Source of the DNA: a virus
Lineage: Duplodnaviria > Caudoviricetes
Length of the DNA stretch: 64,000 bases
Virus record (IMG/VR): IMGVR_UViG_3300028832_000145
Span: 1,305-65,304 of that record
Reading direction: 5' to 3' (one strand)
The position numbers were made by a program, and so were the translations under genes. The notes under the pieces are model-generated. The model searched no databases, was not told the DNA's origin, and saw nothing but the letters and a program-made list of their open reading frames with translations. Shown here in pieces: positions 16,540 through 26,444 of the stretch (position 1 is its first letter; each line of letters opens with the position of its first letter).

Positions 16540-18570
16540 ATGACAAAACAGATAAAACCACTACTGACGCTCGACGATGTGAGACCGCTGCCCAGTGGCA
16601 GTCGCCTTGACACTGTCGCCCAGCGACGTAAGCGCTATACACAGCCCGACGAATACGACAAAGACCTGCTCGGATATTGCGCACGCTCATGGATGAATAA
16701 GGATAGCTTTCGTCAGGAGCGTGCCCGCGTACTTCGTTACCTGTTCGGCAACCAGTGGGGCGACATTATCAATGTGCATGGTCTCGGCAACATCACCGAG
16801 GAAGAGCTTATCAAGCTTCAGGGCAACGTGCCGCTGAAGAATAACGTCATGATTTCCCTCTGGTCTACTGTCTATGGCATCCACGCGAAACAGGAGACGG
16901 AGCCGGTATGCTACGCGCGTCATCAGGATGCTAAGGAGCTGTCGGATAATATGTCGGCGGCTTTGCAGACCAACTGGCAGAATACTTACATGTCGGAACT
17001 GCTCGACACGGTCTTTGCCGAATACATTCTTTCCGGAGCTGCCTTTTCCTACGAGACTTTTGAAGAGCGCAACGGACTGCACGATTCCTATACCGACTAC
17101 TTCAACCCATATTTTATGTTCTGGGAGGGTGGCAGCGACCCGGCACACCGCGACATTCACATGATAGGATGCCTCCGCGAATATACGCGCGAAGAGCTTT
17201 ATTTCTGCTTTGCCAAGCCGGAGTACAACCTTACCATCGACAAGCTCAATGAGATATTCCATATTGGCGACACATTACCAGCAGCTCCCACACATCAGCA
17301 GAACGAGGTAAACGAGCTTAACAACGTTTCTTTCTATCGGCCGTCAAATCCTAACTGCTGTCGCGTTATCGAGGTTTGGCGTGAAGAGGTCAAGCCGCGC
17401 TATCAGTGCTACGACCTGCTGGCAACAAGTCAGGTTGACAAGTATTTCCGCGTTGAGAAAAAAGACCTCAAAGCCATCCGAGACATCAACCTCCAGCGCA
17501 AGGCGCTCTATGATGAACAGGGTGTGCCCAACGAGAAGCGGGCCTATATCACCGCAAAGGAGATTGTCGACAAGTACTGGCAGTATTACTTCCTGGCACC
17601 TGACGGCCGCATACTCTGCGAGGGCGAATGTCCTTACGACTACAAGGACCACCCCTTTACGGTTTCTCTCTACCCATATATAAACGGTGAGATTCATCCG
17701 TTCATGAGTTTCTTCATCGACCAGCAGCGTTACATCAACCGCACTGTCATGATGGGCGATATGGCATTAAAGAGTTCGGCCAAGGGCATGACGTTCTTAC
17801 CACTCAGCATGAAGCCCGAGGGTATGACCGTTGAAGAGTATGCCAATCAGAAGACCAAGTTTGATTCTGTCTTTGTCTATGACGATACGAAACCGGCAGC
17901 ACAGCGGTCCGACCGAAAGCCCGAGTTCTATACCCACTCGGCTATGAACATCGGCCATACGGAAATGCTGCAGATTCAGATGAACATGATCCATGAGGTA
18001 TCAGGTGTTCACGATGCCGTACAGGGTAAGACACCCACCTCCGGCACCAGCGCAGCACGCTACGCTATGGAGTCGCAGAACGCCACGACCACCATCTATC
18101 CCCTCATTAAGAAGTTCAACGGATTTGAGGAACGTGTTGCCATGAAGAAGTGCATCACCATGCAGCAGTTCTATGAGGAAGGTCGCGACATCACGCCGCG
18201 AAAGTCCGACGAACAAATCTTCTACCGCGCCAACGCTGCCCGCGATGTCAAGTTCAATGTCTCTATCAAGAACTCGGCCAGCTCGGCTGCTTTCCTACAG
18301 CTTGGTAACGAAATGCTTGACAAACTGCTGCAAGGTGGCCTTATCGACGCACGCACATACCTCAAACACTACGATGCGCCGGGTGTCGACAAGATTCTTC
18401 AAGACCTCGACAGCTACCAGCAGCAGTTGCAGGAGGGACAGCAGCCCGCAGCACCCGTACAGATACCTGGAGCCAACCAGCAGCAGGCAGCAACAGCCAC
18501 ACAGCTGCTTCACGGCCCCGGACAGCTCTTCACACGTCAGAACGGCCAGCTTATGCCAGCCGAACAGTAA
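16540..18570 (+). CDS. Portal protein
   Basis: 676 aa; RYLFGNQW and NNVMISLWSTVYG patterns, Gln-rich C-terminal extension, divergent from scaffold. Confidence 0.8.
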   Translation: MTKQIKPLLTLDDVRPLPSGSRLDTVAQRRKRYTQPDEYDKDLLGYCARSWMNKDSFRQERARVLRYLFGNQWGDIINVHGLGNITEEELIKLQGNVPLKNNVMISLWSTVYGIHAKQETEPVCYARHQDAKELSDNMSAALQTNWQNTYMSELLDTVFAEYILSGAAFSYETFEERNGLHDSYTDYFNPYFMFWEGGSDPAHRDIHMIGCLREYTREELYFCFAKPEYNLTIDKLNEIFHIGDTLPAAPTHQQNEVNELNNVSFYRPSNPNCCRVIEVWREEVKPRYQCYDLLATSQVDKYFRVEKKDLKAIRDINLQRKALYDEQGVPNEKRAYITAKEIVDKYWQYYFLAPDGRILCEGECPYDYKDHPFTVSLYPYINGEIHPFMSFFIDQQRYINRTVMMGDMALKSSAKGMTFLPLSMKPEGMTVEEYANQKTKFDSVFVYDDTKPAAQRSDRKPEFYTHSAMNIGHTEMLQIQMNMIHEVSGVHDAVQGKTPTSGTSAARYAMESQNATTTIYPLIKKFNGFEERVAMKKCITMQQFYEEGRDITPRKSDEQIFYRANAARDVKFNVSIKNSASSAAFLQLGNEMLDKLLQGGLIDARTYLKHYDAPGVDKILQDLDSYQQQLQEGQQPAAPVQIPGANQQQAATATQLLHGPGQLFTRQNGQLMPAEQ

Positions 18571-18586
18571 TATATAAATAAGGTAT

Positions 18587-21500
18587 ATGGATATTACACT
18601 ACAGTTCAGCACTCTCGCCGAAGCAGTCAACCGTTCTCTGGCTATCACCGCCAAGCGACTGCGTAACGCCGATGGAAAGTCGGTGTATGATGACATCACA
18701 CTCAGCACAGCAGAACAGCCGTTGCTCTACGACTACTTCCGAGAGGCTATCGTCCTGCTGAATACCACGACGCAGCACTTCATCACCGATACCCTGTTCA
18801 GTGACGAGATGGAAACGCCGTCCGTCACGCTGACTTTTCCAAACAATCATAACAACGCTATGAATACAACTATCACCGTTGCCCTCACATCGTTCTGTGT
18901 GGCCTACGCCGTCTATGCTTGGCTGTCCGTCGTGAATCCCGGCATCGTCAAGCGCTACGAAGAGGCCATGCAGGAAAAGCTCGATGCTCTTGTGCAGCTC
19001 ATCTTTCACAAAGCACCCCCGCAGTCTTCATATACCTATGATTTACCACCTGTTGTCAACACCCCCGGCGACATCACTCTCTCTTCCGGAGGTCAGTATC
19101 TTCTCGGCTACACTCTTGGCTCTGATGGCGTTGACGATCTGGTGGCAACATCATCCAGCGAGGCTATTGTGGTTACAAAGGTACCTAACAACCGCCTCTT
19201 CTCTATCTACAACGGCAATGTAGGCGAGAACAACATCACCGGCACCGTCACCATCAAGCGCAGCGACAACAGCGTCTTGGCCACAATCAACGTCACTGCA
19301 AAGGCTCCTGCCGCCGATGCCGCCATCGTCACCCACCCCGCCCTGATAGGCTACAGCGCCTTGTCCGATACTATCACCTTGCGTAAGGGTGCAAATATCA
19401 ACATATATTTTACAGGTAATATCACGAGTATAACGGCAAACAACGATAATGTTTCCTATACGCTTACCGATTCTCCGACAAAGGTAATCAACATCCAGGG
19501 CGACGAGGTAGGTACTTCCGTTGTTACTATCTACGACAATGCAGGCTGGCGTTACACACTCTACGTTACTGTTGAGGCCGTAGTGGGAGTATCTCCATAC
19601 TTTACATCACCACAGCACGTCGGAATCGACGTTGGAGAAACAACATATATCACCTATAATCTCGGTGACGAAACCCTTGACGATTTCTATGTAGCTGAAA
19701 GTCGTGGCAATATCACCATCACTAAGGATGCAGCGAATAGAAGATTTGTCGTCACCGGCATATCAGCTGGTGGTGGTTATGTGCGCGTGCAGTCCTCGCG
19801 TCACCCAGAGAGCAACACCGTATTTATGTTTGTTGTCAACTCCACGGATGAGGCACAACTGCCCGATGTGTACGGCTATACAAGCGGAGACACCATCAAC
19901 ATGGTTGCTGGAGCAAGCCCCGTCCGTATCTATTTCTTCCCCGGCTCAGAAGGAACCTTCGATATATCACCATCAGTAGTAGGAAAGGTGTCTCTCTCCG
20001 AATACGACGGCATGGGTTATGTGGACGTGACACCGTTGGAGGCTGGCAACATTACGCTGACCTTTGCCAATCAGGGAATGATAGTCGACGAACAAAACGA
20101 CACAAGTTGGTCGTTCACTCTCACCATTGCCGTTGCAGCACGCCCGGCAGTAGTCACCAATCCTATTGTATATTTCCCAGATAGAGTAGAGGGTTTCTAT
20201 AAGGACGATGTCAGACGATACGACTACGTTCTCGGCAATGACAACACCGATAACCTTACAGTGACTTCATCCAATCAAAATGTCGCTACTGTTGATATTG
20301 ACAGGACGAACAAGAAAATTGTCATTACCGCACAGAGCGCATCAGATGGTACGGCAACAATCACCGTTTCCAAACCTAACACAGGCTGGAGCCAGTCTGT
20401 AGTCGTGTATGTCGATGAGTCTTATGAGGTCATAGCACCTAAGATTAACTACTATCAGATACATGGCTCGTCTGCCGTCAACATATCAAGCGGTCAGACA
20501 TCTGCATCCGTTTCTGTAGAAGGAAAGCGAATCTATGTCAACGCCTCAATGGGACGTAAGAAAAACGGAAGCGTTATTTATACGCGCATCGTCTCTTCTG
20601 ACCAGACCGTCATAGCTGTTACTGACCAAGTTTATACTGGAACCATCAGCTTGATTCCTGTGTCAGAAGGCTCTGCAACCGTCAGTTTCTATAACTCCGA
20701 CACCAACGCCTTGATATTTGCCCTTGGCGTGACCGTGACCGAGGCAACAGAGGATGCTGGAGTGCCGGTTATAAATGGCCTCGCTATTGTTGGTGGGACG
20801 TTCAGCACCAACCCAAGCGAAAATGAGTCGTATATTGCAATACCATCCGACAGCACAAGCTACAATGTATATTTGCCGCTTGATAAATATCTGCTGCTGG
20901 ATATTGACGACACAGCAGCAGAAGTAAGTATTACTTCCGACAACGATTCCATAGCAGAGTACGAACTTATGGGTGGCGGTAGAGGTGTTGCTGGCAATGA
21001 TATGATTGTACCTCACGCCGTTGGCTCTACGGTTATCAGATTCACATCACCCGGTTTGTCGTGGTCGTTCAATCTTAATGTTGCTGTTGTTGGAACATCT
21101 TCAGAGGGTGGTAGCAATACACCTGCCTCCCTTCCCGAGATTACTTCCAGCAGCCATGATGGTACATACTATCTTAAAGGAACTGTTGACGGCGTAACCA
21201 ATCCCGTCTTTATGCATGACTCCCTCGGTACCGGTGTTGTTGTCATACACAAAACTAATAATAACGAAATCTACTGTTACAACGAATCAGCAGGTACCGT
21301 TAGCATCGACACCGTTCACACCCTAAGCGACGTAAGCACTCTTGGGCAGGCCATCGTTAATGCACTGACTACATACGGAGTTGCTGCAGCGACTTATACT
21401 ACAACAACATCACAGCCCGATTCACCTGTTGGCTACGCACTATATTCTCCTGCAAGCTCCGGCGGCTCTTCATCAGGTACAGAAGACTGGAGTGGCTTGA

Positions 21501-21859
21501 CGCTCTGCGAAGACTCTTCTGATTTCGTTGATGGTGAGGTATATGTATTGAAGGGTTATATACAAGATTCGCAATATACCAACCTGCGCAATTACATATT
21601 CCGATACAACAATGGCAAGGTTGCCGCAGTATCAAGCGGGAACGGAAATAGGCTTTATTATTTCGATGCGTCAAACCAGCAAATAAAACAAGAATACTTT
21701 AGTAATGTCTATGACATGGAAGATGCTGCGTGGTACATTGTTACAGCTGTAGCCAACGCATTGAACACAATAGGTATGACTGTAACCGCAGATGAGGTAA
21801 ATGGCACTCCAATACGAACACAAACAGTAACCTCAGTAACTAAATATGTTGAACAATAA
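18587..21859 (+). CDS. Adaptor-ring-like protein with long Ig-like extension
   Basis: N-terminal about 140 aa resembles the next three genes; then repeated beta-rich Ig-like modules and two similar C-terminal domains. Confidence 0.6.
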   Translation: MDITLQFSTLAEAVNRSLAITAKRLRNADGKSVYDDITLSTAEQPLLYDYFREAIVLLNTTTQHFITDTLFSDEMETPSVTLTFPNNHNNAMNTTITVALTSFCVAYAVYAWLSVVNPGIVKRYEEAMQEKLDALVQLIFHKAPPQSSYTYDLPPVVNTPGDITLSSGGQYLLGYTLGSDGVDDLVATSSSEAIVVTKVPNNRLFSIYNGNVGENNITGTVTIKRSDNSVLATINVTAKAPAADAAIVTHPALIGYSALSDTITLRKGANINIYFTGNITSITANNDNVSYTLTDSPTKVINIQGDEVGTSVVTIYDNAGWRYTLYVTVEAVVGVSPYFTSPQHVGIDVGETTYITYNLGDETLDDFYVAESRGNITITKDAANRRFVVTGISAGGGYVRVQSSRHPESNTVFMFVVNSTDEAQLPDVYGYTSGDTINMVAGASPVRIYFFPGSEGTFDISPSVVGKVSLSEYDGMGYVDVTPLEAGNITLTFANQGMIVDEQNDTSWSFTLTIAVAARPAVVTNPIVYFPDRVEGFYKDDVRRYDYVLGNDNTDNLTVTSSNQNVATVDIDRTNKKIVITAQSASDGTATITVSKPNTGWSQSVVVYVDESYEVIAPKINYYQIHGSSAVNISSGQTSASVSVEGKRIYVNASMGRKKNGSVIYTRIVSSDQTVIAVTDQVYTGTISLIPVSEGSATVSFYNSDTNALIFALGVTVTEATEDAGVPVINGLAIVGGTFSTNPSENESYIAIPSDSTSYNVYLPLDKYLLLDIDDTAAEVSITSDNDSIAEYELMGGGRGVAGNDMIVPHAVGSTVIRFTSPGLSWSFNLNVAVVGTSSEGGSNTPASLPEITSSSHDGTYYLKGTVDGVTNPVFMHDSLGTGVVVIHKTNNNEIYCYNESAGTVSIDTVHTLSDVSTLGQAIVNALTTYGVAAATYTTTTSQPDSPVGYALYSPASSGGSSSGTEDWSGLTLCEDSSDFVDGEVYVLKGYIQDSQYTNLRNYIFRYNNGKVAAVSSGNGNRLYYFDASNQQIKQEYFSNVYDMEDAAWYIVTAVANALNTIGMTVTADEVNGTPIRTQTVTSVTKYVEQ

Positions 21860-21871
21860 ACCCGATAAATT

Positions 21872-22471
21872 ATGGCAAATCTACTCACACTTACACTCAA
21901 CCGCGTCAACATCATCGACGCTGTGAAGGCCGACACTTTCATCACTGGTCAGATTGACAAGTCGGCAGATGCAGTCAAGAACGCTGCCCTTGCCTTCCAC
22001 GAGTCCGCTGGCGATGACAACTATCATGAGGTGAAGCTGCTGCGTACACTTCGCGGGGCTATCGCCAAGTTCGAGGCTAACATGGTGGAGTTCGTCGACA
22101 CGTCCGATGCCAATGCGGCCATCACCAACACCCTCAACCCTAACAACGACACCTTTGCCATCACCCTGAACGTGGCTTCGCGTTTCAACAGGGCTTTTGC
22201 AGGCACCCTTGCCTCACTCGCCGAGACATTCCTTATCAATATGATGCTCTACGACTGGTGGCAGTCTGCCAAACCCTCTCTCGCCAAGGACTACTACGCT
22301 GCTGCACAGGACTCCCTTGTTTACGTCCGGCAGTGTCTCGCCAAATCTGCGCCAGCAGTGAGCCAGCAGTCTTACGCAGGCCCCACCGGCGAAGTCGTAG
22401 AACCGCAAGCCCCTGCTGGCTCCGGCACTACTACCGAGACAACCGAGACAACCGAGACAACCAATCCCTAA
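21872..22471 (+). CDS. Neck/adaptor ring protein paralogue
   Basis: FLINMMLYDWWQ helix, same pattern as neighbours; TET x3 tail. Confidence 0.55.
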   Translation: MANLLTLTLNRVNIIDAVKADTFITGQIDKSADAVKNAALAFHESAGDDNYHEVKLLRTLRGAIAKFEANMVEFVDTSDANAAITNTLNPNNDTFAITLNVASRFNRAFAGTLASLAETFLINMMLYDWWQSAKPSLAKDYYAAAQDSLVYVRQCLAKSAPAVSQQSYAGPTGEVVEPQAPAGSGTTTETTETTETTNP

Positions 22472-22489
22472 CGGCTAACAAGTAAAGAC

Positions 22490-23332
22490 ATGAATATCCG
22501 ACTTACCCTTTACAAGTCCCTCATCATCGAGGCCGTCAAAAACGAGACCTTCCACCGGGGACAGTTCGACAAGGCCGCAGACCAGAAGGCCGCTGTAGCA
22601 GCCTTTCATGAACAGGCTGGCGACGAGACCTACCATGAGCGCATCCTGCAGCGATCGCTCACCACTAACTTGTCTTCCTTGAAGACGTTACTCTCCGACT
22701 ACCTCACGGCATCGGGAGAGCTTGCCGGCCATAACATCACCGAGGAAACCAATAACGACCAGATTATTCTTATCCTCAATGTATCGGAGCGTTTCAACAC
22801 CTCCTATACGGACGCGCTGGCAAAACTTGCAGCTGAGTATATCACCAACGCTATGCTCATGGACTGGTGGCGTCCTGTCAACGGAAAGCAGTCGGAACTC
22901 TATGCCACATTCCTGCAGAAGAACACCGCCGACATTCAGCGCTGTTTCTCCAAGACTGCCCCGAAGGTGCCCGTCTATAAATACCCGATAGCCATCGACA
23001 TCAGATACCCGCTTATCGAGACCAGCAACGGCATACCAGGCTACATCACACCATCCAACAGTCAGCTGGCACAGGAGGTTCTCTTTGGCAATCCTTGGCG
23101 CATCAGCGAGGGCGAGGACTCGGAAATCTCCTACACCCTATCGGGCGAGAACGGAGAAGACCCCGTTGACGACATCATGGTGCGCGTCGACAATGGCCAC
23201 TGCTGCCATGCACGCCTCAACGCACAGGGACGTTACTACTTGCACGCCGTCCAAAAGGGCTACGCCATCGTCACCCTGTTCTCACGCCACGACAGCCGTG
23301 TCTTTGCTACCTTTGCCGTCCGTGTAGTATAA
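22490..23332 (+). CDS. Neck/adaptor ring protein paralogue with C-terminal Ig-like domain
   Basis: YITNAMLMDWWR helix; N-terminus parallels the 21872 gene. Confidence 0.55.
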   Translation: MNIRLTLYKSLIIEAVKNETFHRGQFDKAADQKAAVAAFHEQAGDETYHERILQRSLTTNLSSLKTLLSDYLTASGELAGHNITEETNNDQIILILNVSERFNTSYTDALAKLAAEYITNAMLMDWWRPVNGKQSELYATFLQKNTADIQRCFSKTAPKVPVYKYPIAIDIRYPLIETSNGIPGYITPSNSQLAQEVLFGNPWRISEGEDSEISYTLSGENGEDPVDDIMVRVDNGHCCHARLNAQGRYYLHAVQKGYAIVTLFSRHDSRVFATFAVRVV

Positions 23333-23338
23333 AAAGTA

Positions 23339-23836
23339 TTGCTTATGATTGCAGAGATTATCATCTTCAAACAGGAGATTACACACGACATCGAGGCCGA
23401 TGTCCGGCAGCTGGAGCGTATGCGCAAGCTGACAGACACGCCCATACTGACTAACGACGATGCCGACAGGTATAGCCTCAACACGCAGATAGACCTCGCG
23501 CTGTCTATTGCCATATCACGTCTGCAGGCGTATGTCATCAGTACACCGTGCCACTCCCACCAAGTCGCTCACGACCACACCACCGACTGGGACGAGAAGA
23601 AAATCACCCTCGACATGCCCTTTAGCTGGCCACAGCACCTGCTGGAACCTCTTAAAAACGCCGTCCACCGTTTCATCGTCAAGACGGCACTACATAACTT
23701 CCTGCGCGTAGCGTTGCCACAAGACCCTTACACAACGCTCTCGCTGGATGAAGCCAATGAGGCCAGCAACCGCATCAATTCACTTATCAGCGACAGACTA
23801 GGGCCTATAAAGATTCACCCAACACCATTCGGATAG
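23339..23836 (+). CDS. Neck/adaptor ring protein paralogue
   Basis: AVHRFIVKTALHNFL helix pattern. Confidence 0.5.
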   Translation: MLMIAEIIIFKQEITHDIEADVRQLERMRKLTDTPILTNDDADRYSLNTQIDLALSIAISRLQAYVISTPCHSHQVAHDHTTDWDEKKITLDMPFSWPQHLLEPLKNAVHRFIVKTALHNFLRVALPQDPYTTLSLDEANEASNRINSLISDRLGPIKIHPTPFG

Positions 23837-23842
23837 TTAATC

Positions 23843-24136
23843 ATGGCAGGAGGAAAACGTGGACGCCCACCCGGCGCACAGAATAAGGTAGGTCAGGAAC
23901 AGAAGGAATTTATCAAGGGCCTGCTCGGCGAGACTCAGGAAGAGTTTCGTAAATCTTTCGTGTTCTATGCTAAGAACGCAGAAAAAAACGCGGAAGACCG
24001 CGCCCGCTTTGTCAACATCTCTATTGAGCTGTCAAAGATGATTGTCCCCAAGCCTGTAGAGATTGATGCCAGCATCAACGCCAGCGGATTTGAGGAACTG
24101 ATGAAGCTATGCTCCAAATATGATGATGAAGAGTAG
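23843..24136 (+). CDS. Putative terminase small subunit
   Basis: MAGGKRGRPPGAQNK N-terminus typical of TerS; adjacent to TerL. Confidence 0.55.
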   Translation: MAGGKRGRPPGAQNKVGQEQKEFIKGLLGETQEEFRKSFVFYAKNAEKNAEDRARFVNISIELSKMIVPKPVEIDASINASGFEELMKLCSKYDDEE

Positions 24137-24137
24137 A

Positions 24138-26444
24138 CTAAAGGTCTGCTTCTGTGCCGGCTCTTGCTGCCGACAATCCTCCAGTTGATTCTTTTATCCA
24201 CTGAGGTAGTGGCATCTTCAGGCTTACATACAAGCCGATACCCGTTGACATCACAATATCGTCATGGTTGTTCTTGCCTTCTGAGTTACCCATTGTGCCG
24301 TCTTCCTTACGCTCGTATATCATCAGCTCGTCAAACGCCTGTTTGTCAGGTTCCACATAAAGGGCATCCTCCACATACGCCTTGTAGCAGTCTATCACCA
24401 GCTCCTTTGTCACGGTGTTGGTGTGGAAACCGTAGATGTTCGTTACCTTCTGCGTCACCTTGTCAACCTCGGTGGCACGGATATACAGGTTAGGATAGTA
24501 GTCTGCTATCTCGTCGATGATGGTTCCGAAGTGGTCACCCTCTTCATCCAGTCGCTGCTTGCGGGTGTCGGCAGTGTTCTTCTCTATTACCAGCTTCGCG
24601 TCGCCGTATAAGTGCGCAAGCTGCGCTGCTTTCCATGCCAGCAGGTCAAAGCGCATGTGACCGCGCCAACGTGCCACCACCTGCGGCTTTCCATACATAC
24701 CGGGCATCATGCCGAAGCGGTCTATCACCGTCATAACGGTAAAGTCCGATGTGCGGCTGCTACCGCCTATGTCGACGCTCACCACATAGCGGTCCGACAC
24801 TTTCAGGCCGTCCGGCATACGCCATATTCTCAGTACCTGTCCGTCATCCACCTTGTCAACGAGGCGGGCACGCTTAATGGCATTGATGCCTTTGTCGTAG
24901 TCTGACACGATGTTACCCACAAATATAGGCTGCTTCTCCATCGACATGCGCATAGCATCAACACAGTATTTGTCAAAGATAAGGTTACCAGCGGCCATGA
25001 AGCACTCCACATCGTCGGCGGGGAACTCCGTAGCCATGTAGCTGTGTGTGCGGTACTCGTTACGTTTGTTCCTGTACCAGTTGATAGCTTCCATCGAGGC
25101 ACCTTTCTGCCACTGTTGCCAGAAGTATTTGCCACTCTCGCGGTAGCCCTTCGGATTGTTCGGGTTATCTTTGTTCTCTATCAGCCACTCGGCAAACTCC
25201 CTCTCCGCTGCACGATACGCCTTGATGGTCTCCTTTGCTTTCAGCATCTGTGCCTCACCCTTTGCCGCCGTGCCCTCGCTATTGAGCGAGGTCTTCTTAG
25301 TAGCCCTCAGCGCCGCTGCAAACGCTTTCCAGCCACCTTCCATCAGCTCGTCGCGGTATAACTCAATTTCATAGTACGCAACAAACAGCGGCTCCCATGC
25401 GCTCGGTATGTCGGGATTCTTCGCCTCTTGATACATATTGTAGAAGAAGTCGCCGACAGTCCTGCCCGACGATTCCATCACTATCATGGTGTCCGGGCGC
25501 TTACCTACCGTACCATTGATAGATGACAGCACACCCTCCGGCTTCTTCTGCTCCGTCTCTTTCCAGTACGCCACCTCTGACAGATGTGCCATCTTAAGGT
25601 TAGAGCTTCGGCTGGCATCGTAGTTCTCGTATGACACTACCGAGGTCACGTTACCTCTCACCTCTTCGCCTGCAGTGGTCTTCACCACAAAGTCGGTGGT
25701 GCTGCCCTTGAAAGGCGCACTCTTCAGACGGCGACCTTTCAGGCCGACACTCCAGCCGGGCTGATGATCCAGCGCAAGGTCGTACATCGCGCGGATACGG
25801 ATTGATGCTGCCGTCTGGTGGGCCATAATGGCCATGTTCCACCGCTGATGCTTGAAGTCCTGCATCCACTTACCATACAGCTGCGTCTCGGTGGAACCGC
25901 CGAACTGACGCGCCTTTGGCAAAACAATACGGATGGGCCTGCGTTCAAGCCTCATCTTCTCCTGTAGGGCAAGTATCTTGCGCTGGCCGTAGTTAAGGAC
26001 GAAAGGTATCAAGGTGCCCTCTTCCTTATCCACAATCTTGTATATCATGGCAAAGGCAAACGCAGGGTCTTCCTCTGCCCTCATCTTGAACAAGGCACAG
26101 ACAACGTCCTCAAAGGTCTCGTCGTTGAACTCCCAGCCCAGTTCGTCCTCAATGTATTTCCTGATACTGCCGCGTTTCAGTACCTTTTTCAGAAAGATGT
26201 TATGCTCTACGATGCGCTCCGGCATATACTGAACCCTGATGGGGCAGTCCGGAATCTTCACCTTCTTTCGGGGACCAGGGGCGCCGCGTCCGGTAATAGG
26301 GTTGAAGCCGTCAAACATTTCATGGTTGCGACGCTCGTTCTCTTTGACAAGCGCCTCTACCGTCGGCTCACCGTTCCACCATCCCGTCGCTGCTGCCTCG
26401 GTTTTCCCTGATGGCATATCAACCTTTCCACCGTCCATAGGCAA
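24138..26444 (-). CDS. terL: Terminase large subunit
   Basis: PKARQFGGST Walker A, AHLSEVAYW Walker B, MIVMESSG, nuclease motifs VSVDIGG..SDFTV and NHDDIVM. Confidence 0.9.
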   Translation of the reverse strand: MPMDGGKVDMPSGKTEAAATGWWNGEPTVEALVKENERRNHEMFDGFNPITGRGAPGPRKKVKIPDCPIRVQYMPERIVEHNIFLKKVLKRGSIRKYIEDELGWEFNDETFEDVVCALFKMRAEEDPAFAFAMIYKIVDKEEGTLIPFVLNYGQRKILALQEKMRLERRPIRIVLPKARQFGGSTETQLYGKWMQDFKHQRWNMAIMAHQTAASIRIRAMYDLALDHQPGWSVGLKGRRLKSAPFKGSTTDFVVKTTAGEEVRGNVTSVVSYENYDASRSSNLKMAHLSEVAYWKETEQKKPEGVLSSINGTVGKRPDTMIVMESSGRTVGDFFYNMYQEAKNPDIPSAWEPLFVAYYEIELYRDELMEGGWKAFAAALRATKKTSLNSEGTAAKGEAQMLKAKETIKAYRAAEREFAEWLIENKDNPNNPKGYRESGKYFWQQWQKGASMEAINWYRNKRNEYRTHSYMATEFPADDVECFMAAGNLIFDKYCVDAMRMSMEKQPIFVGNIVSDYDKGINAIKRARLVDKVDDGQVLRIWRMPDGLKVSDRYVVSVDIGGSSRTSDFTVMTVIDRFGMMPGMYGKPQVVARWRGHMRFDLLAWKAAQLAHLYGDAKLVIEKNTADTRKQRLDEEGDHFGTIIDEIADYYPNLYIRATEVDKVTQKVTNIYGFHTNTVTKELVIDCYKAYVEDALYVEPDKQAFDELMIYERKEDGTMGNSEGKNNHDDIVMSTGIGLYVSLKMPLPQWIKESTGGLSAARAGTEADL
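25261..25297 (+). repeat. Dispersed coding hairpin repeat, copy 5 (TerL)
   Basis: TTTGCCGCCGTGC-CCTCGCT-ATTG-AGCGAGG-TCTTC; encodes KTSLNSEGTAAK. Confidence 0.9.

Noticed and set aside
19150-19165. ATCCAGCGAGG match to the dispersed hairpin
   Set aside because: Lacks the complementary CCTCGC arm and the 5' flank; likely chance.
22431-22460. ACCGAGACA x3 repeat
   Set aside because: Simple low-complexity Thr/Glu tail with no further structure.
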